From positions 1 through 55,362 of the forward strand of contig NW_021833786.1 in assembly GCF_006345805.1 (NCBI RefSeq): DNA of 55,362 bases, in the 5' to 3' direction. Below, piece after piece: positions 26,895-39,718 of this stretch (positions are counted from its first letter, which is position 1; the number at the start of each line of letters is the position of its first letter). The translations under genes and the position numbers were made by a program. A model generated the notes under the pieces. It searched no databases. It was not told the origin of the DNA and worked only from the letters and a program-made list of their open reading frames with translations. Source of the stretch: Octopus sinensis. Lineage: Eukaryota.

Positions 26895-28276
26895 GGTTAA
26901 TATAGGGCGTAACAAATATCAGAAAATCAAAAAAAAAATGTGTGTAATAGGTGTAAAACAACTTCCTATGAACGAATATGAAAAAAAAAATTCGCGCACG
27001 CGAAAGGGGGGTGGGGGAGAGGCCTCGGAAAATTCACATCGGGAAGTTCCGAAAGCGTCTGAGGAGCTGACCCGGCACCAAAACAAAAAAAAATAGTGTA
27101 ATATGTGTAAAACAACTTGCTCTAAACGAATATGACAAAAAAAATGCGCTCTCGCGAAAGAGGGGTGGGGGAGAGGCCTCGGAATATTTATATCGGGAAT
27201 TTCCAAAGCGTCTGAACCGGGCACAAAAACAAAAACAAAACAGCGTAATAGGTGTAAAACAACTTGCTCTAAACGACTATCATGAAAAAAATGCGCGCTC
27301 GCGAAAGTGGGGTGGGGGGAGGCCTCGGAAATTTCACATCTTCAGTCCACGGCCTTTAAACTAAGAAAAAATAGTGTAATTGGTGTAAAACTACTTGTTC
27401 TAAACGAGTATCAAGAACACACACTCACACATGAATCATAAACTCCGTATTTCGCAAAAAAATAAATAAAGAGAAGAACAAATAAATTTTTCAGAACAAA
27501 TAAATCTTTTGGCTGTTATGTTATTGATGTTATTATTATTGCTAGTTAAAGGGTGGTGACTTGGCTGAATATTTTGAGTCTTGTAGTATGTAGTTGTGTT
27601 AGTCAATATTCTGAGTTCAAATCCAACTCATTTCTTTATCATCATTATCGATGGACCACTCAAAGAGGTATGTATACATTATCATTTTCGTAACATAATT
27701 TTTTTTTTTTTTGCGAAATACGGAGTTTATGATTCATGTGTGAGTGTGTGTTCTTGATACTCGTTTAGAACAAGTAGTTTTACACCAATTACACTATTTT
27801 TTCTTAGTTTAAAGGCCGTGGACTGAAGATGTGAAATTTCCGAGGCCTCTCCCCCACCCCCCTTTCGCGAGCGCGCATTTTTTTCATGATAGTCGTTTAG
27901 AGCAAGTTGTTTTACACCTATTACGCTGTTTTTGTTTTTGTTTTTGTGCCCGGTTCAGACGCTTTCGGAAATTCCCGATATAAATATTCCGAGGCCTCTC
28001 CCCCCCCCTCTTTCGCGAGAGCGCATTTTTTTTGTCATATTCGTTTAGAGCAAGTTGTTTTACACATATTACACTATTTTTTTTTTGTTTTGGTGCCGGG
28101 TCAGCCCCTCAGACGCTTTCGGAACTTCCCGATGTGAATTTTCCGAGGACTCTCCCCCACCCCCCCTTTCGCGTGCGCGAATTTTTTTTTCATATTCGTT
28201 CATAGGAAGTTGTTTTACACCTATTACACACATTTTTTTTTTGATTTTCTGATATTTGTTACGCCCTATATTAACC
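26895..28276. mobile_element. Non-autonomous foldback DNA transposon with ~570-bp TIRs (Merlin-like)
   Basis: Arms 26895-~27462 and ~27706-28276 are reverse complements. Termini GGTTAATATAGGGCG / CGCCCTATATTAACC. Exact 8-bp TSD GAAACATG at 26887-26894 and 28277-28284. Confidence 0.88.
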
Positions 28277-29278
28277 GAAACATGTGCATGTGTGTGTATA
28301 TATATATATATATATACACACACCACACAGCATTAATCCCTACACGTTTTTTTCCTCTCTCCATTTTTGTCCTCTCATCCCTTTCTGTTGAAGACCATAA
28401 ACTCAAATCATCAAAGACTTTTCCAGTCTTCCCGACCATCAAACTAATATTCCTGCTTGTTATCTTTTGTTTTCTGTAAATTTGAATATTCATGCATGTT
28501 CCCACCACATAGCTCGGGTTCAGTCCCTCTGCATGGCACCCTGGGCAAGTATTTGCTACTATAACCTTGAGCCAACCGAAGCCTTGTCAATAGCAGACGG
28601 AAACTGAAAAGAGCCCGTCGTGTATGTGAGTATGTCAACAACCGGTATTGGTTTGTTTATGTTCCTGTAAAATAGCGGTGTGGCAAAAGAGACTGATAAA
28701 ATAAGTACCAGATCTAAATGTAAGTGCTAGGATAAATTCGCTCGACTAAACCCTGCAAGGCGGTGTCCCAGTATATATATATATATAAAACACAGTGAGA
28801 AAGATGCAAATGTGTGGTAAAATCTCAACGGGCTTACTTATAATTGACAGATTTGCTCTTGAGACGGATGGGTTTTCTCGACAAACTACATGAAGACAAA
28901 GTGAAACAAACTGGGGTCATTTACACACAACAGAAGCCGAATGTTGAAAATTAATATTGAATAATGTTTAAAATGAATATAAAGTGTATTGAAGTTTTAA
29001 AATACGTTTGAGGCAAAGAACAACTGTGAAAGAGTATTATTAGAAATATTAATATTTTTTTCTTTTAAATATCCTGAACATTAAACGTGAGCGAACCACA
29101 TTTAAAACTCTGGAAATGCTCAACATTCCTTACAATTTTTCAACCAAAGATAAATTAGATAAACACGACTTTTAAATTTAAACCGATACATGCAGTTTGA
29201 GTGTTAAAAACTATAAACTGTGTTAATTATAATTAATTCGATTACAGAAAGGTTGTTACGATTAAAGAACTGACATAC

Positions 29279-29370
29279 CTTGGAGGACAAATGTGCTATT
29301 TACATAAGATACGCTTAGTAAGAGAGTTCTAGCAAGGTACGCAACTCTTGATTACACACGGACGAACGAA
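29279..29370 (-). promoter_or_regulatory. Candidate non-coding first exon / promoter region of MRPS33
   Basis: The acceptor upstream of the ATG needs a donor. A consensus AG|GTATGT donor lies at 29278 in a locally CpG-richer patch; a second candidate AAG|GTAAGC lies at 29464. The 5' boundary is a guess. Confidence 0.4.
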
Positions 29371-31079
29371 CTTGGAAATGTTTAATAAGGTCTTAAAATA
29401 TCAACGTTTAAAGATATTTTTTCGTGTGGTGGTTCAAAGACAGGTCCGAGTTTGACCTGCTTACCTTTGCTATGAGAAGTGACATTAAACAAAGATGTTA
29501 TGGAGATATGTCTCAGATTCGACAAAGCAGGAATTATAACACCCGTTTCAGAAATATTTCCTATAGCTCTTATAATTTCGTTAAAAAAAAAACATTAAAA
29601 TGTACAGATCTTTCAGTAAATTAGTGAAAATATATCTTTTAAAATTAATTTCGTATTTGTAAAGAAGTTTTTAGGTTTTGCCTAAAAACTGAAATAATGT
29701 GCCCTAAAATTGACAACTGTAACTATCTTCTTGAAATAATAACCATAAATAATTTTTTTTTTCTTTGGTACGGTGAATGTTGAAACAGATAAAATTAATA
29801 ATTATCATTTAATTTGAAATTATTCATCTGATTTTCAAATGATAGCTACCTCTCTATAAATTGTGCGTGTCCATGTGTAGGAGGAAGTTCGTCCTCCGAA
29901 ATTCAACAATTGTGGAAAAAATATTTTATCGAGGCAATAAGATACCTGATTTAACGACCTGCATCTCACTTTGATGTTGAGTGATAGACAGCCTGATCAG
30001 TCATGAATACATTGTAACTTTATATATATTAATAGAAATATTTCTAATAAGGTAAAATTAAACAACATTAAATACCCAAAGAAACTGGAAAAACCTGAAA
30101 GTGTAATTTTTTAAATCCACTTCTATCAGCTGCTTTCGACTTGAAATATTTTAACTAAATTTGTGATTTAAAATATCGAATGATATTTTTGCATTTTTAC
30201 TGATTTTTTTAAATATAAATTTTCAAAAATGGAGCTAAGTTACCAAGGGGAACAACCTAGTATAAAGAGTAGTCTCCCTTAGCTTAATCTTCGGAGTATT
30301 TAATTTTTTGTTATATATGTTAATTACTACTTTTGAAGATTGCAGAATGTAAATTTATAGCTGGGAGAAAATACTGAAACCTTGTGGTTGACAAGTGATC
30401 GCCTTAACTACGCGGGCATGACTGCGCCTATCACAACCACATATGTGTCTGTATATACACACAAACACACCATTTTTGTATCTGGTTTGCAAGATTCTTT
30501 ATGTGAATTCGTGTGTTGAAACAAATTTTGTTCTGTCTGGGAAGAGTCATATTGCCTTAATATATTTCGGAAATATTGAAAATATCTTGGAATTTTTATG
30601 TTACAAGAAATATTTTATGATTTCTTTTTATTTCACATCAAAAATTAACAAAATCCAGTTTACAGTATTACTTGGACACCTCGTTGAGTAATTATATCTG
30701 AGTATCTGCTAGCTAGGAAATATATGTAATCTTGGTTTTACTTCAATTTGGGGATTTTATAGAGAAGTATGCATGTGTGTGTGTGTGTGTGCACGCGTGG
30801 CTGTGTAGTAAGAAGCTTGCTCACTAACCACATGGTTCCATGGTCAATTTCACTGCGAGGCACTTTGGGCAAGTCTCTTCTACAATAGCCTCGAGTCGAC
30901 CAGTCGTGTGTGGGGATTTGGCACACAGAAACTGAAAGAAACCCTTTATATATGTGGCGGGGGGGTCACCATCTCTTGTTAGTGTGTTTATATCCCCATA
31001 ACTTAGTGGTTCGGAAAATATATAATAGCCAACAACAGTCAAGTGAATCAATAACATAACTACTTAATAACAGAAGAAA

Positions 31080-31465
31080 AATTAAGAATGTGAAGTCAAT
31101 AGAATGGAATTTAGTCTCAGAATGTCACAAGAACAGCAATTTTAAGGGAGGAGAGTAGATTCCATCGACCCCCAACACTCGACTAGTCTTGTATTTTATC
31201 AACAGCAGAGGGATCAAAGGTATAGTTCAAATCCCACTAAAATCAACTCAGAATGGAAATAACGGTTTAAAATTTTGGCACAAGGTCAGCAATTCCAGGT
31301 GGAGGAGTAAGGGGATTACATCGACCCCAGTGCTTAACTGTTACTTGTTTTATCGGCCCCAAAAGAATAAAAGACAGAGTCGACCTTGGCAGAATTTGAA
31401 CTCAGAATGTAGAGAGAGACGAAATACTAAGCATTTTGCCTGGCTTGATAACGATTCTGCCAGCT
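31080..31465 (-). mobile_element. SINE family A copies (one partial, one full)
   Basis: Reverse-complement matches, e.g. GATTCTGCCAGCTCGTCAC at ~31452. Confidence 0.75.
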
Positions 31466-31629
31466 CGTCACGCATGGCATTTTCTCCACTACTTCACCCA
31501 TCCACCATAACAATACTACCTGCATAACATTTTTTTTTCTTCTTATACGAGGTTAAAGTCAATTTGCAAGAGTAAGGGGATATACACAAATTGACACTAG
31601 GGTATTTTCAGAACTTATGACTTCCTGGA

Positions 31630-31968
31630 AAAGGTAACGACCCCCTTCAGTCATGAATGACCATAGGATTGCACCTACAAAGTTACTCTCCAAGGTACAA
31701 GTCCAGACAAGGTTGTTTATGAAAGATCAGCAGTCGCCCGTGCACACCAGCCTCTCCTCTCCACGCCACCGATGTTATCCAAGGGAAAGGCAAAAGACGA
31801 TACAGTTTGGCACCAGTGGCGTCTCAACTCATTTCTACAGCTGAGTGAACTGGAGCAACGTGAAATAAAGTGTCTTGCTCAAGAACACAACACACAGTCC
31901 GGTTCAGGAATCGAACTACCTCATGATTGTAAGTCCAATGCTCTAAACACTGAGCCATGCGCCTTCGC
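31630..31968 (-). mobile_element. tRNA-derived SINE sharing the core of family D
   Basis: Reverse complement GAAGGCGCATGGCTCAGTG...GTTCGATTCC...CTTGAGCAAGACACTTTATTTCACGTTGCTCCAGTTCACTCAGCTG. Confidence 0.8.
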
Positions 31969-32951
31969 ACTAAATACTGTACAGAATTTGATTTGGTAGT
32001 TTACCACTTTTCGGACAATAGTATCATCGGTTTTCTGGTCGCATTTCCCTGTTTAGGACAGATGTTTTCCCATACAACATCTCGTCACAGTCCGTCGTTA
32101 TCTGATATACAGGATAGAATAAAAATAAAAAAAACAATATTGTGTATATACCAAGTCTGAGGAGAGAGGTAGGTGTTTTTATTTTATTTTTCTGTTTTTA
32201 TGCTAAGGATACCCTTTGTGTTATCAACGACTTATAAATATAGGTTTATTGTACCACCAACGCAAGTGAAGTTGTCTCCCCTTTACCTTGTACGACTTTT
32301 TATGGACAGTTAACTTCTTTCCAAGACAAGTTCCTTTTGTTGACTCCTGTTCAAGGCATATCGTCTCCCTTTCTACATTTATTCAATTCGATTTACAAAA
32401 CAGTAAGAATATGTAGTAGAGTTTATTCAAGGCTATAAGTTCATTCCAAGATTCTTTTTCATCACAAGATGTGAATATCAAAACTGAGAAATGCAAAGTA
32501 GTGACAGATTGCAGCTAGTTTTGAATAAAGAAACAAGCAAATAATGTGTGTGTGTGTGTACTCTAGTCTAAAAATATGTTTATTTGTATCTATTTACATT
32601 CCAGAACTTAGCTGTTCAACAAGTAGAGATCAATAACATAAGTCTCAATATGATTGATCAAAAGCTTGAAGATGGTACTGCAATCTAATAACTGAAACCA
32701 ATCAAAAAGCATGTAAGAGAGAGAGGAATTATTGGTATGTTTAAATATGGGTAATGTTTACCCTTTTCTAAGCATTTTAATAATCGAGGGGAGAGAAAAT
32801 GGAAGAAGTGGAAGGCTGAAGCAAAGGCAGAAAAGGTAAATAGAAAGATACACAACCTGTAAATATTTGTATAAAAAAATAAATAAAACTATGAAAGGAT
32901 TTAATTTCTGTGATTTCAAATGCTTTAATTTCAAGAATAAATAAATAAATA

Positions 32952-32984
<33 letters not shown>

Positions 32985-32996
<12 letters not shown>

Positions 32997-33400
32997 CCGT
33001 TCCGTCTGTCTGTGTGTGTGTCTTCTAGGATCTCAGGCATCCTCCATCCGATTGCACTCAAATTTGATATGTAGATACCGACGGTATCAGGGCATGTATA
33101 AATCTTGAAAAAATTACAAAAATCGATTCCAGGTGAGAATGCGATCGATAAAGCAGTGGGAATGTGCATTTGTACGCGCAAGTACATCAGCTGTTGCGAT
33201 CGATACTACGTGTACGTGAGAAAAGTGCACATGCAGTTTGTGCAAAAGAAGCCGGCTGGCTTGAAATAATGCCACAAAATGCAGTATATTTAAGAGATCA
33301 AAAAAGTAAGATGCAAAAGAGATATTTTCTTCAAACTTGGCATCAAGGAAGGAAAGACTATTTGGTTTCTCAAGAAGTTTTCTTTTTTTTTTGCCTTAAC
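32985..33400 (+). mobile_element. 5' part of a non-autonomous Helitron-like element
   Basis: (TA)n-AAAATCCGTTCCGTCTGTCTGTGTG...CCGATTGCACTCAAATTTG resembles the 5' end of the 54547-55325 element. No CTAG 3' end was found. Confidence 0.5.
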
Positions 33401-34282
33401 TTCGTTTAACAAAACCAAAAATTTTATTGAAATAAAGGCATGCTTAATTATTTTTTAATGAAAAGAACTGTTTAAACCATGTTTGTGTTCTCCCAGTCAA
33501 CAGCCTTATCATTACTGGTACTTTAAACTCTTTGGTTGCATATTTGTGTGAATAAAATCGTTTTTCTTTGGAATAGAAAACAGGTCTATCTTTATCTCTT
33601 CTTTTGCTGGTGTCTCAAATTTAGGTTAACTCAGTGTTTCTCAACGGGGAGGCCTATGGGACGGTTGGACAAGTTGTTTTGAGAAAATTTGGTTTAAATG
33701 TTTGACAACTCAGCACTGTCCATTTGATGGGGGGCGTTTTGCTCATATATATATATATATATATATAGAAAGAGAGAGAAAATATAATTACATGTATAGT
33801 ATAATAATTGTGACAATTTAGATATAATCATCAACAATAACAACATATTGTAATTGCCACGAGAGCAAGAATTAATGTTCCCTGCTCATTGACAAAGACT
33901 TACAAACACACTTAAATCTGTCAGGTAAGCTGTCTACTCACCATCTTTTCTCCTGCAACCACAACAGCTTCTTTGTCTCAGAGTAAGTTAGTTGCATGTC
34001 CTCAAACATCCAGGTAAAAATCACACACACACTCCACTCTGATAAACTCTTTCTCTCTATGAACAACAACTTTCTTTCCTCCTCACATGTTCCTTCAGAC
34101 ATTGCTTCAAAGACATCTCAGAGAAGCTGTGTGCATCATACCCACTAAGCCTCATTTTATAATTATTTCAAACAATAGCATCATTAATTACAGGTTTCCA
34201 ATGGACAAATCACTAGCTTATTGCTTTCCTGATAGTCACAGTGACAAAATAGTGTCTAACTTGATGCAAAGAAACACCTTAA

Positions 34283-34880
34283 CTATTTAGCATTTAATCC
34301 AACCATATCCAGCCCAAATATGCAACCTGTGTTCCGTTCAAACCAGCCACATCCAGCATCTCACACTTATTCTGCAATGTCATTCTATAAATATACAATC
34401 ACATCAGCATATTCTTGAAGCTACAAGATACTGCATGATTATTTCAAAACAATGAATAAATAGGCACAGGCATGGTGGCTGTGTGATAAGAAGCTTGCTT
34501 CCCAACTACATGGTTCCAGATTCAGTCTCACTGCATAGAACCTTGGGTAAGTATCTTGTACTGTAGCCTCAGGGCGACCAAAGCCTTGTGAATGGATCTG
34601 GTAGACAGAAACTTAAAGAAGCCTGTCTTATGTGTGTGTGTGTCCATATTTGTCCCACCCCACTCCATCACTGCTAGACAACCAATGTTGGTGTGGTTAC
34701 ATCCCCATAACTTAGCAGTGCAGCAAAAGAGACCAAAATAGTACTAGTCTTAAAATAATAAGTCCTGGGGTCAACTTGTTCAACTTAAAATCCTTCAAGG
34801 TGTGCTCCAGCATGGCAACAGTCAAATGACTTAAACAAAAGAGTAAAAGAAAAAATAGGGATAATCTGAATGCTTAAGGG
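34283..34880. mobile_element. piggyBac-type MITE interrupted by a SINE
   Basis: TTAA|CTATTTAGCATT...AATGCTTAAGGG|TTAA. SINE family B is inserted at ~34463-34855. Confidence 0.55.
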
Positions 34881-36479
34881 TTAAAGGACGGTTTGTAAAC
34901 CACAACCGTTTTCTTGCTCCCACAGAATTTCTATCTGCCAAATTCCATAGACAAGGTGATGCAAAAAACTTACCCCAAGGTATTGAACTACGGATCGTGT
35001 GGTTCTGAAGCAAAGAATGTCAAGCACACAGCTAACAGTGTCCAATCCTCCTCACTGAACCATAAAGATTAAGTGCAAAACTTAAGTGTTCCACAAATCT
35101 GGGAGAGACTATCTTGCTTTGCTTATGCTGCTAATATTTTTTTGGAAAACCATATATTCTCTCAAATGTGTCAAATGAACTCAACACACAATATAGATTT
35201 AGCAACATACATATATATGTAAATGCACACATATTCAGACACATACATATGTGCATAGAGATATACAAATAAATAATATTAATCAGTGCACAATAGTATA
35301 TGTCCATTACAGTTGATCTCAGCAATTGTTTTCACACTGGGTATTAAATTGGTTATTAGATAACAGCACAGTAAAGTAATACTGTGTGCTCATCAGAGCT
35401 GGCAGGCATGGAAAATCTATGGCTGCATTTTTCTATCGCATCAGCCATAATGGATATATAATACCATACACTTTAATATGCCCACTCTTAAATATAAGAG
35501 GGAATATTTTTACCTGACTTATGGATTCTTAGACAACCTACAAATAAATAATATAATATAAATACACACAGATACTTCAAAATATGTTAAAAAGCATAGA
35601 ATATATATGAACCAGATTAAATTCTTAAAATCTAGTGTCCTAATCATGGGAGAAGTAATCCAGCTGAACACGAGTTGGCTATAGGAAATATCAGTTGAGT
35701 TAATGGAAATATAGATAAAATAAAAGATAGACAAGAAGTTGTTTATGACATGAAAGCATTTATAAATAAGTTACATGGATATATATATAACGAAGCAGAA
35801 AGAAGAAAGATAGTCTATGGGTATCCTTCACAAATATATAGATACTAGTAAACACTTGTCGTTCACGGAGTTGAAAAAAGCTGCCAAGATTGTACTATGA
35901 ATATTGAAAGTTATTTATTTACATTGTATTAAGCATATATAAGAAATGACTTAACTTTCATGTAGACAATAGAGCTGTTTCTTTCTGGCTTATACCATTA
36001 TGAGCACATATTAACTTCTAATATTACAGTCTCTAATATTTTAGTCTATAAATGAAGCAAATGTTGCAGACTTTGGCCTATGTCTAGTATGAAATAATTA
36101 AATATAAGTTCAGGGAAAACTAAAAACATGTGCTATAATTTATTGAACTTAAGCATTACAAAGAACAAAAATACAAATAGCTTTTCTTACATAAATATAT
36201 AGCATGATGTTTATATCAATTCAAAATTATTATTCATTCTGTAAATTTTAGTCTGCTCATCTCATGCTAAAAACTTCCTTATAGAATGCTTCAGGTTTTA
36301 CCAGTAGGGGCAAAAATGAAAAGATTGTTCTTACTCCCCATTCTGAATGTTCCAACATATAACTGACCGTGTGAAAAATGGTCCTCTTCTAATTGCAAAC
36401 CAGCAATATTCAAAGTCTGACCTTGAGACATATTAAACAGACATCACAAAAGATAGATGAATTGCAAATTGAAGCCATT

Positions 36480-39400
36480 TGAACCCGAAGGGCATATTGG
36501 AAGGTATTAAAAGACAGAAATTATTGTAGCTTGCCTTGGCCGACCAAGATCCAAACCCAGATCGATTAGGCTGTTGTTTTCAAACTCTACTGAGGTGCAG
36601 GCATACCATCTAGGGCTCGGTGAAAAAACAGAATTACCTTTCAGACATGCTCTGGCCTACCACCTGATGTTCGCCCTAAGCTAAGATCTGTAGCTTCCCT
36701 AAATCACAACTCTGTGCCATAGGAAAGCTTTAGCCTATGCGACAATGGGCAAATATGGAAACTCGTCAAGCCTGGTGATTCATGGATAAAGGACATCAGT
36801 TGGTCTGAGCATACTGCACCCACAATAACTGGCAATACAAAAATCATGGGAAACTAAACAAAAACAATCAGCCATCCCCTGTATATCATTGTCATCTGAA
36901 ATCCAGATACAAACTGTTGTCCTTAAATGCCCGTAGTTTATCCAACGATGTACATCTTTTTGACTCTTACGTAAAAAGTATCAACCAGATTTCATCACAG
37001 TCATGGAAACATAGGCACATTCTGCACTCTGTGATGGCATTTTCAGCATAGCTGGCTACAACCTGTTCCGCAAAGACCACATTAATCACTGTGGTGGAGG
37101 TGTAATGGTCTACATTCGTTCAAACCTATCGGCAATTCCTTGTGATGATTTGAACCAATCTCAACAGGAAGTATTTTTCTGCAATATACACATGACCATG
37201 TCAACACTTCTACTTGGAGTTGCTTACTGCCGCCCAAATTATCAAGATACACAACTTTTTGATATTCTCAGACTTGCTGCCATGAAAACAGCCACCTATG
37301 TTTATATTGCAGGGGACTTCAATTTCCCTGAGATTGACTGGGAGGCCTTCCATTGGCCGCAAAGTGCAGATTTCCTTGAGCTAGAGCTAAATTCAAATTG
37401 GTCCCAAGTCGTTACCTCCCCCACAAGGGGTAACAACACTTTGGATCTCCTATTTACCGCTTCTCCTGAAACAATTATTAGTGTCACTACTGAAGAACCT
37501 TCAGGTGACTCTGATCATTCCATGATCATGGCTGACTTGTCTCTTGTTGTAACAAAAACCACAACCATCTTCAAACTGCCCGCTTTGACTGGAATAAAGC
37601 AGACTGGAACTCTTATTGTACCGAGCTGCGACACCCAAACTGGCTCGAATTTTATGTCTATAGAGATGTGAACATTATACTTCAGAACATTCTGAATTCA
37701 CTATGGACAGCATGTGTAGCATCGGTACCATGCAAGCACAAAAAAACACCCAATAGTGCAATTTGGGAGACTGCAGCAGTCCGACTTGCCAGGAAAGAAC
37801 GCTGTAATGCTGAACAGGAATACAAAATGCACAAATCAGTGATCGACAGGAAAAAGTGCAATAGATCATTCAACCATCTCAAGTAGGTGGCAAAAAAGGC
37901 AGTGCTTGAATTCAAACAGCGCATAGCAACCAACCCTGACAGAAAAGTGTTCTGGAAGTATGTACATTCAAAGCAGAGACCTCACACTCCAGTTGATCCC
38001 CTTCGCAATCCCCACAAAGGCCAGATTACTGACAATCCCAAAGAATGTGCAGAAATTATTGCTGGATGCTATGCAGGCATCTTTACTGTCAAAGATCAAA
38101 ATGTTCCATCTCCATCACCTCTGACACCAGTCTCTATAACTACTATGAAATTTACACCAGAATAAACGTAACTATGCCTCTCCTGGTCTCAATGGTGTTA
38201 CATACCTACTTCTCAAATGCGGTAGGTACTTTATTCTGAACCAACTTTCACTATTCTTTCAATTCTGTATTGACAATGGTGTTACTCCAGAGCAGTGGAA
38301 AACTGCCAGTGTTATCTCTCTGTTCAAACAAGGTGACTGCACACCGCCTGTCAACTATCGCCCCATCAGTCTTACTAGCTGCATCACCAAACTGATGGAA
38401 TCTTGTGTCAGAGAAACCCTCTAGAACTTCTGGAAGTCTCACAGCCTCATCTAGCTGTCACAATTTGGATTTATTCCTAACTCCAGCTGCTGTAATCAAC
38501 TCATCGAGTTTCTTGAGGTCATTACTCAAATCACTGATGGCGGCTCCTGGGTGGATGTTGTTTACCTGGACTTTGCTAAGGCTTTTAATTCTGTGTCACA
38601 CAAAAGACTTATGATGAAACTCTCCACAATGTGCATAAGAGATGATCTCTAAAACTGGTTGAAGTCCTTCATTATCGACCGAAAAGAGGTTATCACAGTT
38701 CTAGGACAGCACTCTTCACCCTATGAGATGACATCTGGTGTACCACAGGGATCTGTTCTTGGCCTCCTTTTATTTGTTGCACATATTAATGACATAGATG
38801 CCAACTTAAAGAATGCCACAGTGCTGAAATGTGCAGATGACATCAAGCTGTACATCGAAATAAAGAGGACAGATCCTGTACAGTATAGATCTTTATTGCA
38901 ATCAGACATGGACACAATGCAGCAATGGATTATGGACTAGCAACTCAAGCTGGCTGTGGACAAATGTACCACCATGCATTTTGGGAGGAAAAACCCAGTG
39001 TCCACTTACTCCCTCTACAATACTAATCTCAAAAAGTTTTCTTGTGAACGTGACCTGGGCATTATTGTCGACAGTCTGGAACCCCTATCGTGCCCAGGAT
39101 AGTAATCGTCTGGAAACCATTCAGCGACGTGCAACCAAGAGAATACCCTCCATCAGGCATTTGCCATTTTCTGAACGCCTTACTTCCCTGGGCATGGATA
39201 CATTGAAACTCTGACATTTGGCAACTGACTTGGCAGACACCCATAAAATTATTAAACATCTTACTAACAATAACTCTGAGCACCTTTTCAAACTCCACCT
39301 GTCTAACACCGGTGGACATATTTACAAAGTCAGAAAACAGCACAGCTCCCATGACTTTTGGATACATTTTTTCACGCTAAGAGTTGCTGAAGTATGGAAC

Positions 39401-39550
39401 AAACTGCTGACATCAGTTGTTAGTTGTCAGAGCACTGCATCCTTCAAAACTTCCATGCTTCCTGAGATTCGCCAACACTACACCTGATTTTCTCCCCTCC
39501 AAACACACGCAAGCATGTATCTGACTCATACACTGTTCACTTTTCAGACA
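36480..39550 (+). mobile_element. Degenerate CR1-clade LINE (ORF1 remnant, APE, RT)
   Basis: LNARSL, GVAYCRP, IAGDFNFPEIDW, PTRGNNTLDL, SDHSMI, YRPISL, SGVPQGSVLG and ADDIKLY, with several stops, frameshifts and an internal deletion at ~39074. Confidence 0.9.
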
Positions 39551-39570
39551 TTTGTACATTATTGCATTAC

Positions 39571-39718
39571 TGAGATTAGTATTGTAGAGGGAGTAAGTGG
39601 ACACTGGGTTTTTCCTCCCAAAATGCATGGTGGTACATTTGTCCACAGCCAGCTTGAGTTGCTAGTCCATGATCCATTGCTGCATTGTGTCCATGTCTGA
39701 TTGCAATAAAGATCTATA
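39571..39718 (-). repeat. 148-bp inverted copy of 38884-39031
   Basis: Reverse-complement match with one mismatch seen. Confidence 0.93.

Noticed and set aside
33890-34030. Cluster of splice-like motifs on both strands
   Set aside because: No consistent exon with a recognisable reading frame could be built.
35360-35450. CTGATGA plus hairpin (hammerhead or H/ACA candidate)
   Set aside because: There is no GAAA after the stem and no convincing H or ACA boxes.
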